A stretch of DNA of 64,000 bases from Candidatus Woesearchaeota archaeon (GCA_003650545.1 QMQO01000001.1:4845-68844); one strand, 5' to 3'; positions 47,207 through 56,934 are shown, counted from the first letter of the stretch. Numbers and translations: made by a program. Notes: generated by a model from the letters alone, not told the origin.

Positions 47207-47587
47207 TTATTCTTCAAGCAAGATAGCATTAACAACGCCTACTTGAGCGGGCCTAGATGTAATGCGGGCTTTACCTAATTCTGTATCAATAATTGTGCCT
47301 TTTGTTAGAATGTTTCTTCTAACATAGTGTCTGTTGGCAGGATTTTCAAGAATAGCTTTGATCTTGACTTTTTTTACTCTTCTGTCTTTCCCAACAACAT
47401 TTGCGTACTCTTCTTCAAATAACCTTGTTTTTAGGTTGCCACCTAATACACGAATATTCTTTCTTTTTGTGTTACCTAATTTAGTAAGAGTGGCTACTCT
47501 ACCTAAGTTAGCCTTTGGCTTTTTCTTTTGGCGCTTGTAGACGCCTCCTGTTACCTTTCGATGTGAGCGTTTTTGACTAATCGCCAT
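47207..47587 (-). CDS. rps8e: 30S ribosomal protein S8e
   Basis: [30 protein letters not shown]...IRVLGGN... is typical eS8. Start placed at the internal Met of the track ORF. Confidence 0.9.
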   Translation of the reverse strand: MAISQKRSHRKVTGGVYKRQKKKPKANLGRVATLTKLGNTKRKNIRVLGGNLKTRLFEEEYANVVGKDRRVKKVKIKAILENPANRHYVRRNILTKGTIIDTELGKARITSRPAQVGVVNAILLEE

Positions 47588-47921
47588 TTTTCTTTGTGTT
47601 TCTTGCTTGTAGGATTTAAAAGGATTTATAAAGCTATCCATTTAATTCTAACACAGGATATTTTTCAATACATTAGATTTAAAATAAAAACTATAGCGAT
47701 TCAGTGTTTTATTTTACTTTACACATTCTTATGTTATAGTTCTCTTTCTGAGTTAAACCCGAAAGTGCAGCAACAAAATGCAGAGTAAAAAGTAGTTTTA
47801 ATCCTTTACGAATTCATGACATTGAATATCACAGGCAAAAAGCAGAAACCTTTAAATATACTTGTTAATTTTAACACAGAGTGGGGTGACCCATTATTTT
47901 ATTAATTTGGGAGGTTATAAA

Positions 47922-48146
47922 ATGGAACAATCAAGACCATTAGATATGCTTAATAAGGCTCGTGATAAGCGGGTTATAGTTGAGCTTAAAAATAATAAAC
48001 AATTTATAGGTGACTTAAAAGCGTTTGACATACATATTAATGTAGTTCTTGAAAATGCTGAAGAGTGGGTTGAAGGAGAACTTAAAAGAAAATTAGGTAG
48101 TGTTTTCCTGCGCGGAGATACAATTACAATCATATCACCAGCGTAA
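47922..48146 (+). CDS. Sm-like (LSm) archaeal protein
   Basis: RPLDMLNKARDKRVIVELKNNKQFIGDLKAFDIHINVVLENAEE...VFLRGDTITIISP contains the Sm1 and Sm2 motifs. GGAGG lies 8 nt upstream of the ATG at 47922. Confidence 0.9.
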   Translation: MEQSRPLDMLNKARDKRVIVELKNNKQFIGDLKAFDIHINVVLENAEEWVEGELKRKLGSVFLRGDTITIISPA

Positions 48147-48176
48147 GTAACTATGTTGTTTAACTAGGTGTATCAG

Positions 48177-48383
48177 ATGACAAAAGGAACAGCATCTATG
48201 GGCAAGAAAACAGGAAAGAAAACACATATAGTCTGCAGACGTTGTGGTAAACGAACATATCATCTGCGCAAAAAGAGATGTTCTAGTTGCGGTTATGGAA
48301 ATAAGACTAAGGTACGCAAATTTAGATGGCAAAAAAAGGGAAGTGCAATAAAAAGAAATAAAGATAAAAAAAAGAGAAAATAA
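48177..48383 (+). CDS. rpl37e: 50S ribosomal protein L37e
   Basis: MTKGTASMGKKTGKKTHIVCRRCGKRTYHLRKKRCSSCGYG carries the zinc ribbon of eL37. Confidence 0.9.
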   Translation: MTKGTASMGKKTGKKTHIVCRRCGKRTYHLRKKRCSSCGYGNKTKVRKFRWQKKGSAIKRNKDKKKRK

Positions 48384-48387
48384 ACCT

Positions 48388-49098
48388 ATGTCTTGTCAAA
48401 AGCAACCTAAGATTTTAGTAGGATGCCCAACATATATTGGTAAGCAATATTGTTGGCAGCACTATGTAGGAGCAGTAAAAGCACTAACATACAATAACAA
48501 AGATGTTTTAATAGTAGATAACTCTAAGACTGATGAATATTACCATAAAATCAAAAAGGATTTGCCAACTATCAAAGATGAATTCTTGCAAAATGCTAAA
48601 GATAGGATAGTGCACTCTAGAAATCTGTTAAGAGAGAAGGTGCTGAATGAGGAATATGATTATTTCTTGAGTTTAGAGCAAGATGTGATTCCACCTAAAA
48701 ACATAATAGAGGCTTTGCTGAACCACGGCAAGAAGATTGTAACTGCTGTGTATCTGCATTATCAAAAAACAACTAATGGTAAGTTAGCACCTGCTGTGCT
48801 TGCATACAAAAAGGTTGGCCTGAATGACGCTGGCGAAAACATTGTTCAACCATATAGTCCACAAGAGATAATTGGTAAAGGGCTTGTGTTGGTTAGCTCA
48901 TGCGGCATGGGTTGCTTGTTGATTCATCGCGATGTTCTAGAAAATGTTAGATTCAGGCATGTCCCGGGTAAAAAATCTTTTGATGATATTTGGTTTTGCA
49001 TTGATGCAAAGAAGGCAGGCTATAATATATACTGTGATGGTAATTGCGTATGTGGCCATGTTGTACAAAGACCAAAACAAAGGAATAGTTCTCTTTGA
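48388..49098 (+). CDS. glycosyltransferase-like protein (GT-A fold, family uncertain)
   Basis: ILVGCPTY...LIVDNSKTDEY...LSLEQDVIPP resembles the nucleotide-binding and DxD-like regions of GT2-type enzymes. Support is weak. Confidence 0.45.
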   Translation: MSCQKQPKILVGCPTYIGKQYCWQHYVGAVKALTYNNKDVLIVDNSKTDEYYHKIKKDLPTIKDEFLQNAKDRIVHSRNLLREKVLNEEYDYFLSLEQDVIPPKNIIEALLNHGKKIVTAVYLHYQKTTNGKLAPAVLAYKKVGLNDAGENIVQPYSPQEIIGKGLVLVSSCGMGCLLIHRDVLENVRFRHVPGKKSFDDIWFCIDAKKAGYNIYCDGNCVCGHVVQRPKQRNSSL

Positions 49099-49275
49099 TT
49101 AATAGAGTAGATATATTTTAGTTTACTAAAAATGGATCACCTAAATAGATAGATTTTTATAAGCGTTATATCTTCTTTAAATGTTATGTAGGAACTAGAA
49201 TTTCGCTCTAAATGATATTTTGTTGTTTGACTTAGAGGTGCTATGATTTCGATTTACCTTTTGCTTATGATGATT

Positions 49276-49434
49276 GCGGGGATGCCGGAGTGGCCAAACG
49301 GGACAGACAATCTGGTCTAAGCTTAGGTCGCTTAACGCGTAGGTAACCTGTTGGCTTAGACAGAAGCATAGCTTTTATTAAAAAGCTGCACTTTTGGAGC
49401 AATGCCTACGGGGGTTCGAATCCTCCTCCCCGCA
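49276..49434 (+). tRNA. tRNA-Leu (anticodon UAG), class II, with three introns and a 7-nt anticodon micro-exon
   Basis: Exons are 49276-49306, 49321-49327, 49346-49359 and 49403-49434. They give an 84-nt molecule: GCGGGGA TG CCG GAGTGGCCAAA CGG G ACAGG CTTAGGA CCTGT TGGCTTAGTGCCTAC GGGGG TTCGAAT CCTCC TCCCCGC A. Introns are 14 nt (30/31), 18 nt (37/38) and 43 nt (variable loop). The acceptor and T arms are unambiguous. The internal exon assignment rests on hand-drawn BHB cores. Confidence 0.7.
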
Positions 49435-49720
49435 CTTCTTTTTATAGAATTTAATAAGGTTTTAATATAGCAAACGCTATACTGACATACTTTTTTAACA
49501 AATAAAACAACTTATTACTTTCAAGTAGTTATGAACTTTTAGGTCTTAATTCCACGAAATTTTGCATAATCAATTTCTAAACAACTAAAATTAATTCCAG
49601 ATTTGCGAAAATTTTATAAAAACAATATTTTTATACGCACGTTAGTGAGCTAGGATGCTCGATGAAACCATATAATGGTTTTGTATGTAAAGATAGCCAA
49701 GATAAACATGCGAAACACTT

Positions 49721-49728
49721 AGGAGGTG
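49721..49728 (+). promoter_or_regulatory. Shine-Dalgarno sequence of the S-layer gene
   Basis: AGGAGGTG lies 7 nt upstream of the ATG at 49736. A/T-rich TATA-like boxes (TTTTATAAAAA, TTTTTATACG) lie about 100 nt upstream. Confidence 0.6.
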
Positions 49729-49735
49729 TTTAGAT

Positions 49736-52240
49736 ATGGAAGTAAAAAAGGTGTTGAAGACTGCGTTTGCTCTTGGAACTGGTCTAGCAATGCTAGGAGC
49801 TACGGTTATGGGAGCAGCAGCATATGACCTTAATGACTATCCGAGTCCGTTTATTACGGCTGGTGCATTAAATGCATGGATAGTTGTGGGTGAAAATGCT
49901 TTGGCAGTCGACACAATAGGAATGACTGACATTGCAACAAGTTTGCAATTGCAGTTAGCACCAGGTGCAGAGCTAGCACCAAGCGTGCAAGTGTTAGGAG
50001 ATTCGTTTAGAATCGACAAAAGCACAAACTTCTTGGAGATTAATGAAGATCTACAGGATGTTATATCGACTTTGACAGACGACGACCTGAACGCTCTAGT
50101 AGGCGGTACATTCAGAGCAAAGGATGGTAGCTATGACTACTCAGAGTACTTGGATATACCAACAAATTCAGCATCTGTGCAGTATACTGTTGATGATGAT
50201 GATGACGATGACAAGCATGCTTCGTATTTACATTACAACATTAATACAGCTGCGTATACGTACAGGTTAGAATTCGCAACATCAGCAGAATCTGATGTAG
50301 TCACAACGAGTGGTGAACAGCTAGACGATTTCCAGGATAAGACTATCACCATCCTTGGAAAGCCTTATACCATCATTGCAACTGACAATAAAACAACCAC
50401 GAATGGATTAAAGATAGATTTGATGGGTGGAGCAATCCAGGATGTGCTAGAAGAAGGATCTTCAAAAACATACACATTGGATGGCACTGACTATGAAGTT
50501 AAGGTAGTTATTATCTCAGATAGTGGAACTGGAACAGATACAGTAATTATGGAGATAAATGGTGAGAGAACAGACGAACTAAGTGAAGGAGAGACATATA
50601 AGCTTGCTGACGATACAGAAGTTGGTATCAGAGATATATTGCCAAACGAAGCTGGAGAGCTTGCAGGAGGAGACATTGTAAGTTTCTACTTGGGAGCTCA
50701 AAAGATAGTGCTAGAAGACACAAACTATTTAACTGTTGGAACCGGCGACCAAGAAGTAGAAGTTAATGACAATGACATAGATGATACAGCAGTTGCTATA
50801 ACAGCTACGTATGATGGTAAAATTAAACTGACAAAGATTAATGTGACATATACACCAGACGATGATTTGTACATTCCAGAAAAAGGCAAATTGTCAGATG
50901 TTGTTGACGACCCTGAGCAACTGTTCACAAAAATGATAGATGTAGAGTTTAAAGGGTTACAGACCGGAACAACAGAAGAAATTGAACTTGATGCCAATGG
51001 TGACGACAAGTATAAGCTGAGATTTACTAATGACGCTGGCTACAATATTGATATACCTTATATCTACTGTACTGGTAGTACTATGTCAAGTGGCGATGGT
51101 ACAAGGGATCTTGTTAAGACAGAATACTGTGATGATGGTGCTAAAGGAGCTGCTATAACAACTTGTAACAGAAGTATGACATTCAATATCGACATAAATG
51201 ATTATTTTGTTGTAGACAGTGGAGAAAGCAGCTATTTATTGCAGTATAAGGACCAAGATGCAGATGATAACACACTGAAATTTGTAGTAGAGGGTGCACC
51301 TAGTGGCTCTGATACAATAGAGATAACGTATTCTGGAATAGCAGGAAATGCATCGGGTTCAGCAAACGCAGTCATTCCTCTTGGAGGAAAGGATTTTATG
51401 GTGTGGATTTCTGCCGATTCAAATGACCAAGCTATAGCAGTAGACCTTAATGATGACCAGTCTATTGCTAATTTGACGACTTTAGTGATGGACACTAAAC
51501 TTGGTGCGCAGATCAACTTAACATTGCTGCCTGAAGCATTCTTTGTTAGATCCGAACAGCTTGACAATGACAGCTATGACTGGATAAATGTAACTGCTAC
51601 ATGTGCTAGTTCAGTGTTGGATTTTGCAACGCCAGGTTACATAACATCTACGTCATCTACAACCACACCACAGGCGTATGCAACAGGATGGATCGCTTCA
51701 AAAGATGCTGATTCTGACGACAAAGATGGTATGACAAGGTATGGTATCTATGCAGAGATAAAAGATGGTGGATCAAATAATCCAGACGAGCTAACATTGA
51801 CATATCCAGATGACCAAGTTGAAGCGCTTGTGTATGTTACATCTGGGGAAGTGACAACAGTTGGTGGCGGCACAACAGCAGGAAGCATTGTAGGAACATC
51901 TATCTTTGATAGCGATCTAGCTGCTAAAGGCGGACTAGCAGCTAACAATGTAATCGTTGTTGGTGGACCATGTGCTAACAGTGTTGCAGCTGACTTGATG
52001 GGTAATCCAGCAGATTGTACAGAAGGCTTTACACCTGGACGTGCAATGGTTAAGCTTTTCCCCAGTGCAACTGGCAGCAAAGTTGCGATGTTGGTAGCTG
52101 GTTATGCTGGAGAAGACACCAGGAAAGCAGCAAGAGTTGTTGCTGATATGACAAAGCTACAAGCTTTGGCAGACGGTGTTATGGAAGTTGAAGTTAGCGG
52201 AGCAAACATCGAGAATCCAGTTGTAACTGTTGTACAATAA
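49736..52240 (+). CDS. S-layer protein (Methanococcales-type)
   Basis: The signal peptide MEVKKVLKTAFALGTGLAMLGATVMGAAA is followed by YDLNDYPSPFI. The C-terminal NNVIVVGGPCANSVAADLMG resembles euryarchaeal S-layer proteins. The product is acidic, T/D/G-rich and Lys-poor. The gene is visibly GC-richer than its surroundings and has a strong RBS. Confidence 0.8.
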   Translation: MEVKKVLKTAFALGTGLAMLGATVMGAAAYDLNDYPSPFITAGALNAWIVVGENALAVDTIGMTDIATSLQLQLAPGAELAPSVQVLGDSFRIDKSTNFLEINEDLQDVISTLTDDDLNALVGGTFRAKDGSYDYSEYLDIPTNSASVQYTVDDDDDDDKHASYLHYNINTAAYTYRLEFATSAESDVVTTSGEQLDDFQDKTITILGKPYTIIATDNKTTTNGLKIDLMGGAIQDVLEEGSSKTYTLDGTDYEVKVVIISDSGTGTDTVIMEINGERTDELSEGETYKLADDTEVGIRDILPNEAGELAGGDIVSFYLGAQKIVLEDTNYLTVGTGDQEVEVNDNDIDDTAVAITATYDGKIKLTKINVTYTPDDDLYIPEKGKLSDVVDDPEQLFTKMIDVEFKGLQTGTTEEIELDANGDDKYKLRFTNDAGYNIDIPYIYCTGSTMSSGDGTRDLVKTEYCDDGAKGAAITTCNRSMTFNIDINDYFVVDSGESSYLLQYKDQDADDNTLKFVVEGAPSGSDTIEITYSGIAGNASGSANAVIPLGGKDFMVWISADSNDQAIAVDLNDDQSIANLTTLVMDTKLGAQINLTLLPEAFFVRSEQLDNDSYDWINVTATCASSVLDFATPGYITSTSSTTTPQAYATGWIASKDADSDDKDGMTRYGIYAEIKDGGSNNPDELTLTYPDDQVEALVYVTSGEVTTVGGGTTAGSIVGTSIFDSDLAAKGGLAANNVIVVGGPCANSVAADLMGNPADCTEGFTPGRAMVKLFPSATGSKVAMLVAGYAGEDTRKAARVVADMTKLQALADGVMEVEVSGANIENPVVTVVQ

Positions 52241-52403
52241 AGAGGAAATTAATTTTCCTTTTTTTTCTTCTTTTTTTTTAAAAGAGCTCTTTTATTCTAC
52301 TGTATTGAATTCTTGTTTCCATTGTAGAGTTCTTCTTCATCCTAAGTAATGTTCCTTGTTTTCTGATATTTTCTTTGCAGAAGTCTATTTTAAAGATTTG
52401 AGA

Positions 52404-53636
52404 TTAACTTAAGGTTCCAGTAAATACATTGTGCTTACTTCTTGTTATTTTTATTCTAACTTTTCTGCCTGTCTTTTTGTTGCATCTGACAGAAATGAGC
52501 CTATCTTTAGCAATAGCTAGACGTTCGTTAGGATAACGACCATTACAGATTATTGTTGCGGTAATTATCTGATCTTTCTTAAATGGTTTTTTTAATGTTT
52601 TATCCTTAACAATGCCAAAATCATTAGGATTTAGAATCAGCTTAACTTTGTAGTGTTCTTCCCAATTTTTTAATTCTTTGTAGAAGAGATTCCACGGCAG
52701 TTGCTTTGTAGGTTTTCTTCCCAGAGAATATTCCAAGAAATTTTGAATTCCTAGCTTTGGTACTTTTTGTTTTCGTTTAATTGTTTTAATTGAATACTCT
52801 ATTAGCTCTGTTAGATCCTCGTTAAATCCTGGCAATAAAATAGGTGCTATTATTATATCTAGATCTTTGGTTGCTGTATAAGCTAATATCCTTTTTAAAT
52901 GTTTGAGATTGTAGGGAGCGTCTGCTAGTTTCCTACAGAGCTCTTCATTTATTGCATTTAATGAGATGTTTAATCTATCTAATCCAGCTTTTATTAGTTG
53001 GTCTATTAGTCCTTCTGTTAGTAGCAAGCCGTTAGTGTTAATTGAAATAGTCTCAACATTCTTGATTTTCCTTAATTCTTCAACAAGGTCGACTATCTCG
53101 GCGTAAAGCAAGCTTTCACCATGTGCATTTATGTGAGCTTCTACAGGATGTTTTTTTATTGCTGCTAATTTTTTGAACTCTTCAACTAAATAATCCAGTT
53201 CTACTAGGAAATCGTATGTTTTCTTGTTAATACCTTCAGAAATTGAACAATAGATGCAGTTAAGATTACAGCCTGTGACTGGCTTGATCTCAATTAGGTT
53301 GGTGCCGCGATCTACAAGACCAAAGTAATTTGTTCCAATTAATGGTATGCCTGAATTTTTGTGTATATAGATAGTATTTTTATTGTGCAACACGCTTTTA
53401 AGCTGTGTTAATCCTCTATTGATTAATAGGTTAAACTTATGTATGGCTCTTTTTTTTGAAGTTTCAAATGTTATGCTATATTTCCTTAGTTTATATTTTC
53501 CAATTTTCTCTAGTTCTGAATTCGGAATCTCAAAATAGAACCATTTAAGGAAGATAACCTTTGTTTTACCATCTAATCGGATGAATTTCAATTGCTCAAA
53601 TTTCAGTTTAGCAGTCATTTTTGATTTTTTAAACAT
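52404..53636 (-). CDS. radical SAM protein with C-terminal TRAM/OB-like segment
   Basis: GCNLNCIYCSISEG is the CxxxCxxC motif. GESLLY and NTNGLLL are also present. Start placed at the ATG two codons inside the track ORF, which begins at TTG. Confidence 0.75.
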   Translation of the reverse strand: MFKKSKMTAKLKFEQLKFIRLDGKTKVIFLKWFYFEIPNSELEKIGKYKLRKYSITFETSKKRAIHKFNLLINRGLTQLKSVLHNKNTIYIHKNSGIPLIGTNYFGLVDRGTNLIEIKPVTGCNLNCIYCSISEGINKKTYDFLVELDYLVEEFKKLAAIKKHPVEAHINAHGESLLYAEIVDLVEELRKIKNVETISINTNGLLLTEGLIDQLIKAGLDRLNISLNAINEELCRKLADAPYNLKHLKRILAYTATKDLDIIIAPILLPGFNEDLTELIEYSIKTIKRKQKVPKLGIQNFLEYSLGRKPTKQLPWNLFYKELKNWEEHYKVKLILNPNDFGIVKDKTLKKPFKKDQIITATIICNGRYPNERLAIAKDRLISVRCNKKTGRKVRIKITRSKHNVFTGTLS

Positions 53637-53810
53637 AACCAAAACTACAAACGTTTTTAAGTTTGATAAATTAAAATTATACTTTCATGAATTCAAAGCT
53701 AAAATGTCTAATATTCGTGCTGTTTATGTGAATGACATTTGATTTCATATATATAGCATTATGTAAATATTTATAAATATGTACACTTTTATTATCGTGG
53801 GGTCGAACAG

Positions 53811-54518
53811 ATGGCTGTAAACATAAACTTTGAAACTCTGTTTGAATTCTTAAGGAACGAGAAAAAGAGAGATGAATTGCAAAAACTAGATAGTAATTTC
53901 TTTGAAAGTTTGCTTAGCTATCTGATCGAGAAAAAAAAGCTACTAGAACAACAGCAGAGTAAGGTTGATATTTTCTCAGTTACAGAGCGCGCTAAAACTG
54001 AACGGCAGCTAACAAGCGTGCTTCAGATTATTAAAGAACTGTATGAAAGAAGGGAGAAAAAAATAATTAATATGGCTATCAATAAAGTGAGAACTGGTTC
54101 TGGTCTTATCGATACGTCTGCATTACTAAAGGAAGAACAATCATTTTATAATGATATGGTTGAAATTCTAAGTAGGTATAAAAAGGGTTTGTTGTCTAAC
54201 CTGTTGAGTTGTAGGCAACCGAATGTTGAAGTTGCTGAGAAAAAAGAAGTTAAAGAAAAAAAGAAAGAAGGCAAAGAAGACAAAAAAGACAATAAAAAAG
54301 AACTATCAAAAGATGAAAAAGACGAATCTGTATCTCCAATATCAAATAAGGATGAAATCCTAGTAAGATTTATTTCGCCAATACCTAAGTTTTATGGACC
54401 TGAGTTAGAAGTATATGGACCATTTGACGAAGAGGATATGGCTAAACTTCCAAGAAAAGTGGCTGAAGTTCTGATAAACAAGGCTAGAGCAGAAGAGATA
54501 AAAGATAGTTCTGATTAA
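53811..54518 (+). CDS. GINS subunit (Gins51/Gins15-like) with inserted Lys/Glu-rich linker
   Basis: The N-terminus INFETLFEFLRNEKKRDELQKLDSNFFESLLSYL matches the GINS A-domain start. The C-terminal VRFISPIPKFYGPELEVYGPFDEEDMAKLPRKVAEVLINKARAEEI matches the B-domain. Confidence 0.7.
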   Translation: MAVNINFETLFEFLRNEKKRDELQKLDSNFFESLLSYLIEKKKLLEQQQSKVDIFSVTERAKTERQLTSVLQIIKELYERREKKIINMAINKVRTGSGLIDTSALLKEEQSFYNDMVEILSRYKKGLLSNLLSCRQPNVEVAEKKEVKEKKKEGKEDKKDNKKELSKDEKDESVSPISNKDEILVRFISPIPKFYGPELEVYGPFDEEDMAKLPRKVAEVLINKARAEEIKDSSD

Positions 54519-54613
54519 ATAATTCTGCTTGTTCATGAAGTTTAACACCCCTCTTTTAAAACTTAAAAACAAAAAACAAAACACTTAAAAAGGCGCCTAT
54601 TTTCTGAATATTG

Positions 54614-54925
54614 ATGAAATTGCCCAAGACTATTAGGAGGCTCTGTCCTTACTGTAAGAAGCATACACAACACAAAGTTATGCAGTCTAAAAAGCGAGCA
54701 AAGGGTAGTGCACACCCTCTTACAGTGGGCTCTAAATCAAGGACAAGAAAGCGTGGACAATGGAGGGGATATGGTAATTTAGGGAAGTATAGCAAACCGC
54801 CAAAACCAAAAATGTCTGGCAAGAAGCAAAGCAAAAAGACTGACTTGAGGTATGAGTGTACAGTTTGTAAAAAGAAACATATACAGAAAAAAGGTATTCG
54901 TGCAAAAAGGGTGGAGTTTAAATAA
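54614..54925 (+). CDS. rpl44e: 50S ribosomal protein L44e
   Basis: MKLPKTIRRLCPYCKKHTQHKV...GYGNLGKYSKPPKPKMSGKKQSKKTDLRYECTVCKKKH. Confidence 0.9.
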   Translation: MKLPKTIRRLCPYCKKHTQHKVMQSKKRAKGSAHPLTVGSKSRTRKRGQWRGYGNLGKYSKPPKPKMSGKKQSKKTDLRYECTVCKKKHIQKKGIRAKRVEFK

Positions 54926-54994
54926 TTCTATTTACGAACCCGATACTTTTAAATACCATTCTTATTTACGTATATACGAAATAAACAAGGGGGA

Positions 54995-55180
54995 ATGATT
55001 ATGATTAAGGAGCCTGTTTCAAAATTTGTTAAGATAAGGTGTCCAAAGTGTAGGAATGAGCAGATAACTTTCGGTAAATCTGCTACTAAAGTTAATTGCC
55101 TTGTATGTGGAAAGGTGTTAGTGGAACCAACAGGTGGTAAGAGCAAGATTAAAGCTAGAATATTAGAGATACTGGATTGA
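54995..55180 (+). CDS. rps27e: 30S ribosomal protein S27e
   Basis: VKIRCPKCRNEQITFGKSATKVNCLVCGKVLVEPTGGK carries the zinc ribbon of eS27. Confidence 0.9.
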   Translation: MIMIKEPVSKFVKIRCPKCRNEQITFGKSATKVNCLVCGKVLVEPTGGKSKIKARILEILD

Positions 55181-55196
55181 GATAATTAAGATAATT

Positions 55197-55988
55197 ATGC
55201 AAGGAATGCTACTAAAAAAATCAGGGTATCCTGAGGAGAATGAGATAGTACTCTGCACAGTGACAGCTGTAAAATACACGTCTGTTTTTGTTAAGGTTAA
55301 TTTCTATGATAAATCTGGAATGATTCATATAAGCGAGATCTCTCCTGGAAGGATAAGGAATATTCGAGATTATGTGAAAGAGGGGAAGGTTATTGTTTGT
55401 AAAGTTCTATCTGTGAATAAAGAGAAGGGCCACATAGATCTTTCGTTGAGAAGAGTTAACGAAACTCAAAGAAGAGCAAAAATGGAAGAAGTCAGACAAG
55501 AACAGAAAGCTCAGAAAATAGTTGAATTTGTAGCTGAGAAGCTCAAGATGACCGCTAGGGAACTTTATGATAAACTTTCTGAAAAAATCCTAGAAGAATA
55601 CGATTCATTGTATAACTGCTTTTCGGATGTTGTTGCAGGAGAGGTTACCTTAAAAGAACTCGGGGTTGATCCCATGATTGCAGATGAGATAACAGATGTA
55701 GTGATGCAACGTGTAAAATTACCCGAAGTAGAGCTGAAGGGTGAATTCAAACTTTCAACTTATGATCCCGATGGAGTAGGTATTATAAAAGAAGCTTTAG
55801 CACAGGCTACCAAAATTAATAAAGATGCAAAGATAACTTATGTTGGTGGTGGCAGATACGATGTTGTTCTGTATTCACAGGATTACAAATCTGCAGAAAA
55901 AATGCTTGAAAAGATGTCCACAGCAGTGATAGATTTTATGGAGAGTAAGGGTGGCCAAGCCAGTTTCCAAAAGATAGAATCAAAATGA
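55197..55988 (+). CDS. eif2a: translation initiation factor 2 alpha subunit (aIF2-alpha)
   Basis: The S1 domain reads YPEENEIVLCTVTAVKYTSVFVKVNFYDKSGMIHISEISPGRIRNIRDYVKEGKVIVCKVLSVNKEKGHIDLSLRRV. Confidence 0.9.
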   Translation: MQGMLLKKSGYPEENEIVLCTVTAVKYTSVFVKVNFYDKSGMIHISEISPGRIRNIRDYVKEGKVIVCKVLSVNKEKGHIDLSLRRVNETQRRAKMEEVRQEQKAQKIVEFVAEKLKMTARELYDKLSEKILEEYDSLYNCFSDVVAGEVTLKELGVDPMIADEITDVVMQRVKLPEVELKGEFKLSTYDPDGVGIIKEALAQATKINKDAKITYVGGGRYDVVLYSQDYKSAEKMLEKMSTAVIDFMESKGGQASFQKIESK

Positions 55989-56158
55989 GACATATATTGA
56001 AGTGTAGCAAATGTGGAGGATACACACTTAATAAAAAATGTAGATGTGGCGGCATAGCTGCTACGATAAAACCACCAAAATATTCAGTTGAGGATAAATA
56101 TGCTAAATATCGTCGAGAAATCAAACGAAAAGAAAGAGAGGAAGCAGGCATACTATGA
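55985..56158 (+). CDS. nop10: H/ACA RNP protein Nop10 (57 aa)
   Basis: Below the track cutoff. Product is MRHILKCSKCGGYTLNKKCRCGGIAATIKPPKYSVEDKYAKYRREIKRKEREEAGIL. ATGA overlaps occur at both ends, in the conserved eIF2a-nop10 arrangement. Confidence 0.85.
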   Translation: MRHILKCSKCGGYTLNKKCRCGGIAATIKPPKYSVEDKYAKYRREIKRKEREEAGIL

Positions 56159-56934
56159 GTAACTGGGAATTTACACTTGTTGGAAAGAAACCAAAATTAA
56201 AAAATCCAATTCTAATAGAAGGTTTGCCTGGTATAGGCAATGTAGGAAAGATAGTTGTTGATTTTTTGATTGAACAGCTAAAACCAAAAAAAATATATGA
56301 CATTTTTTCTCCTTCCTTTCCACATTCTGTATTTGTAAATGAAAAAAATCTTGTAGAGCTACCATCTATAGAAATGTACTACTTAGATATTAATAAACGT
56401 AGCTTTTTACTATTGACAGGGGATGTTCAGCCAACAGACGAAGTAAACTCTTATGAGTTTGTAGAAAAAGTTCTAGATGTCGTTTCAGAACTTGGTTGTA
56501 AAGAAATAATAACTATCGGCGGTATTGGCTTGCAGCAACCTCCAAAAAAGCCAAGGATATTTTGTACTGGTAATAATGCTGCATTTATCCGGAAGTATAA
56601 GGGCAGTGCAGATAACAGGTTGTATGGTGTGGTCGGTCCGATAATAGGAGCTTCTGGTTTATTACTGGGTTTAGGTCAGAAAAGAAAAATAAACGCAATG
56701 GCTTTACTTGCCGAGACATTTGTCCATCCGATGTATCTTGGTGTTGATGGCGCTCAAGAAGTATTAAAGATTCTTGATAATAATTTTAGATTCAAGATTG
56801 ATTTAAAGAAACTTACGAAAGAATTAAAAGAAGTAAAGACAGAACTAAAAAAGATAAGCGATCTCGGTGAAGTTAGCAAACAAACTGCTATGAAGAAAGC
56901 TGAGAAAGTAAGACAGATAAGTTATATAGGTTGA
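56155..56934 (+). CDS. proteasome assembly chaperone PAC2-family protein
   Basis: NPILIEGLPGIGNVGKIVVDFLIEQL is a typical N-terminus of archaeal PAC2 (COG1938) proteins. It sits in the conserved position after nop10. Confidence 0.75.
   Translation: MSNWEFTLVGKKPKLKNPILIEGLPGIGNVGKIVVDFLIEQLKPKKIYDIFSPSFPHSVFVNEKNLVELPSIEMYYLDINKRSFLLLTGDVQPTDEVNSYEFVEKVLDVVSELGCKEIITIGGIGLQQPPKKPRIFCTGNNAAFIRKYKGSADNRLYGVVGPIIGASGLLLGLGQKRKINAMALLAETFVHPMYLGVDGAQEVLKILDNNFRFKIDLKKLTKELKEVKTELKKISDLGEVSKQTAMKKAEKVRQISYIG

Noticed and set aside
49315-49361. First model of the tRNA-Leu anticodon arm, using the perfect CTAAG (49317-21) / CTTAG (49355-59) pairing and the CTAAGCTTAG palindrome.
   Set aside because: It leaves unexplained 14-nt and 8-nt inserts and gives no bulge-helix-bulge geometry. 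The alternative ACAGG/CCTGT stem gives a canonical BHB for the 37/38 intron and BHB cores for the other two. The 8-9 bp GTCTAAGC:GCTTAGAC helix is probably a competing or coincidental precursor structure.
49837-52080. Five antisense ORFs (61-111 aa) inside the S-layer gene.
   Set aside because: These are shadow ORFs of a long, GC-richer, strongly supported coding region. They have Ser/Pro/Val-rich mirror composition.
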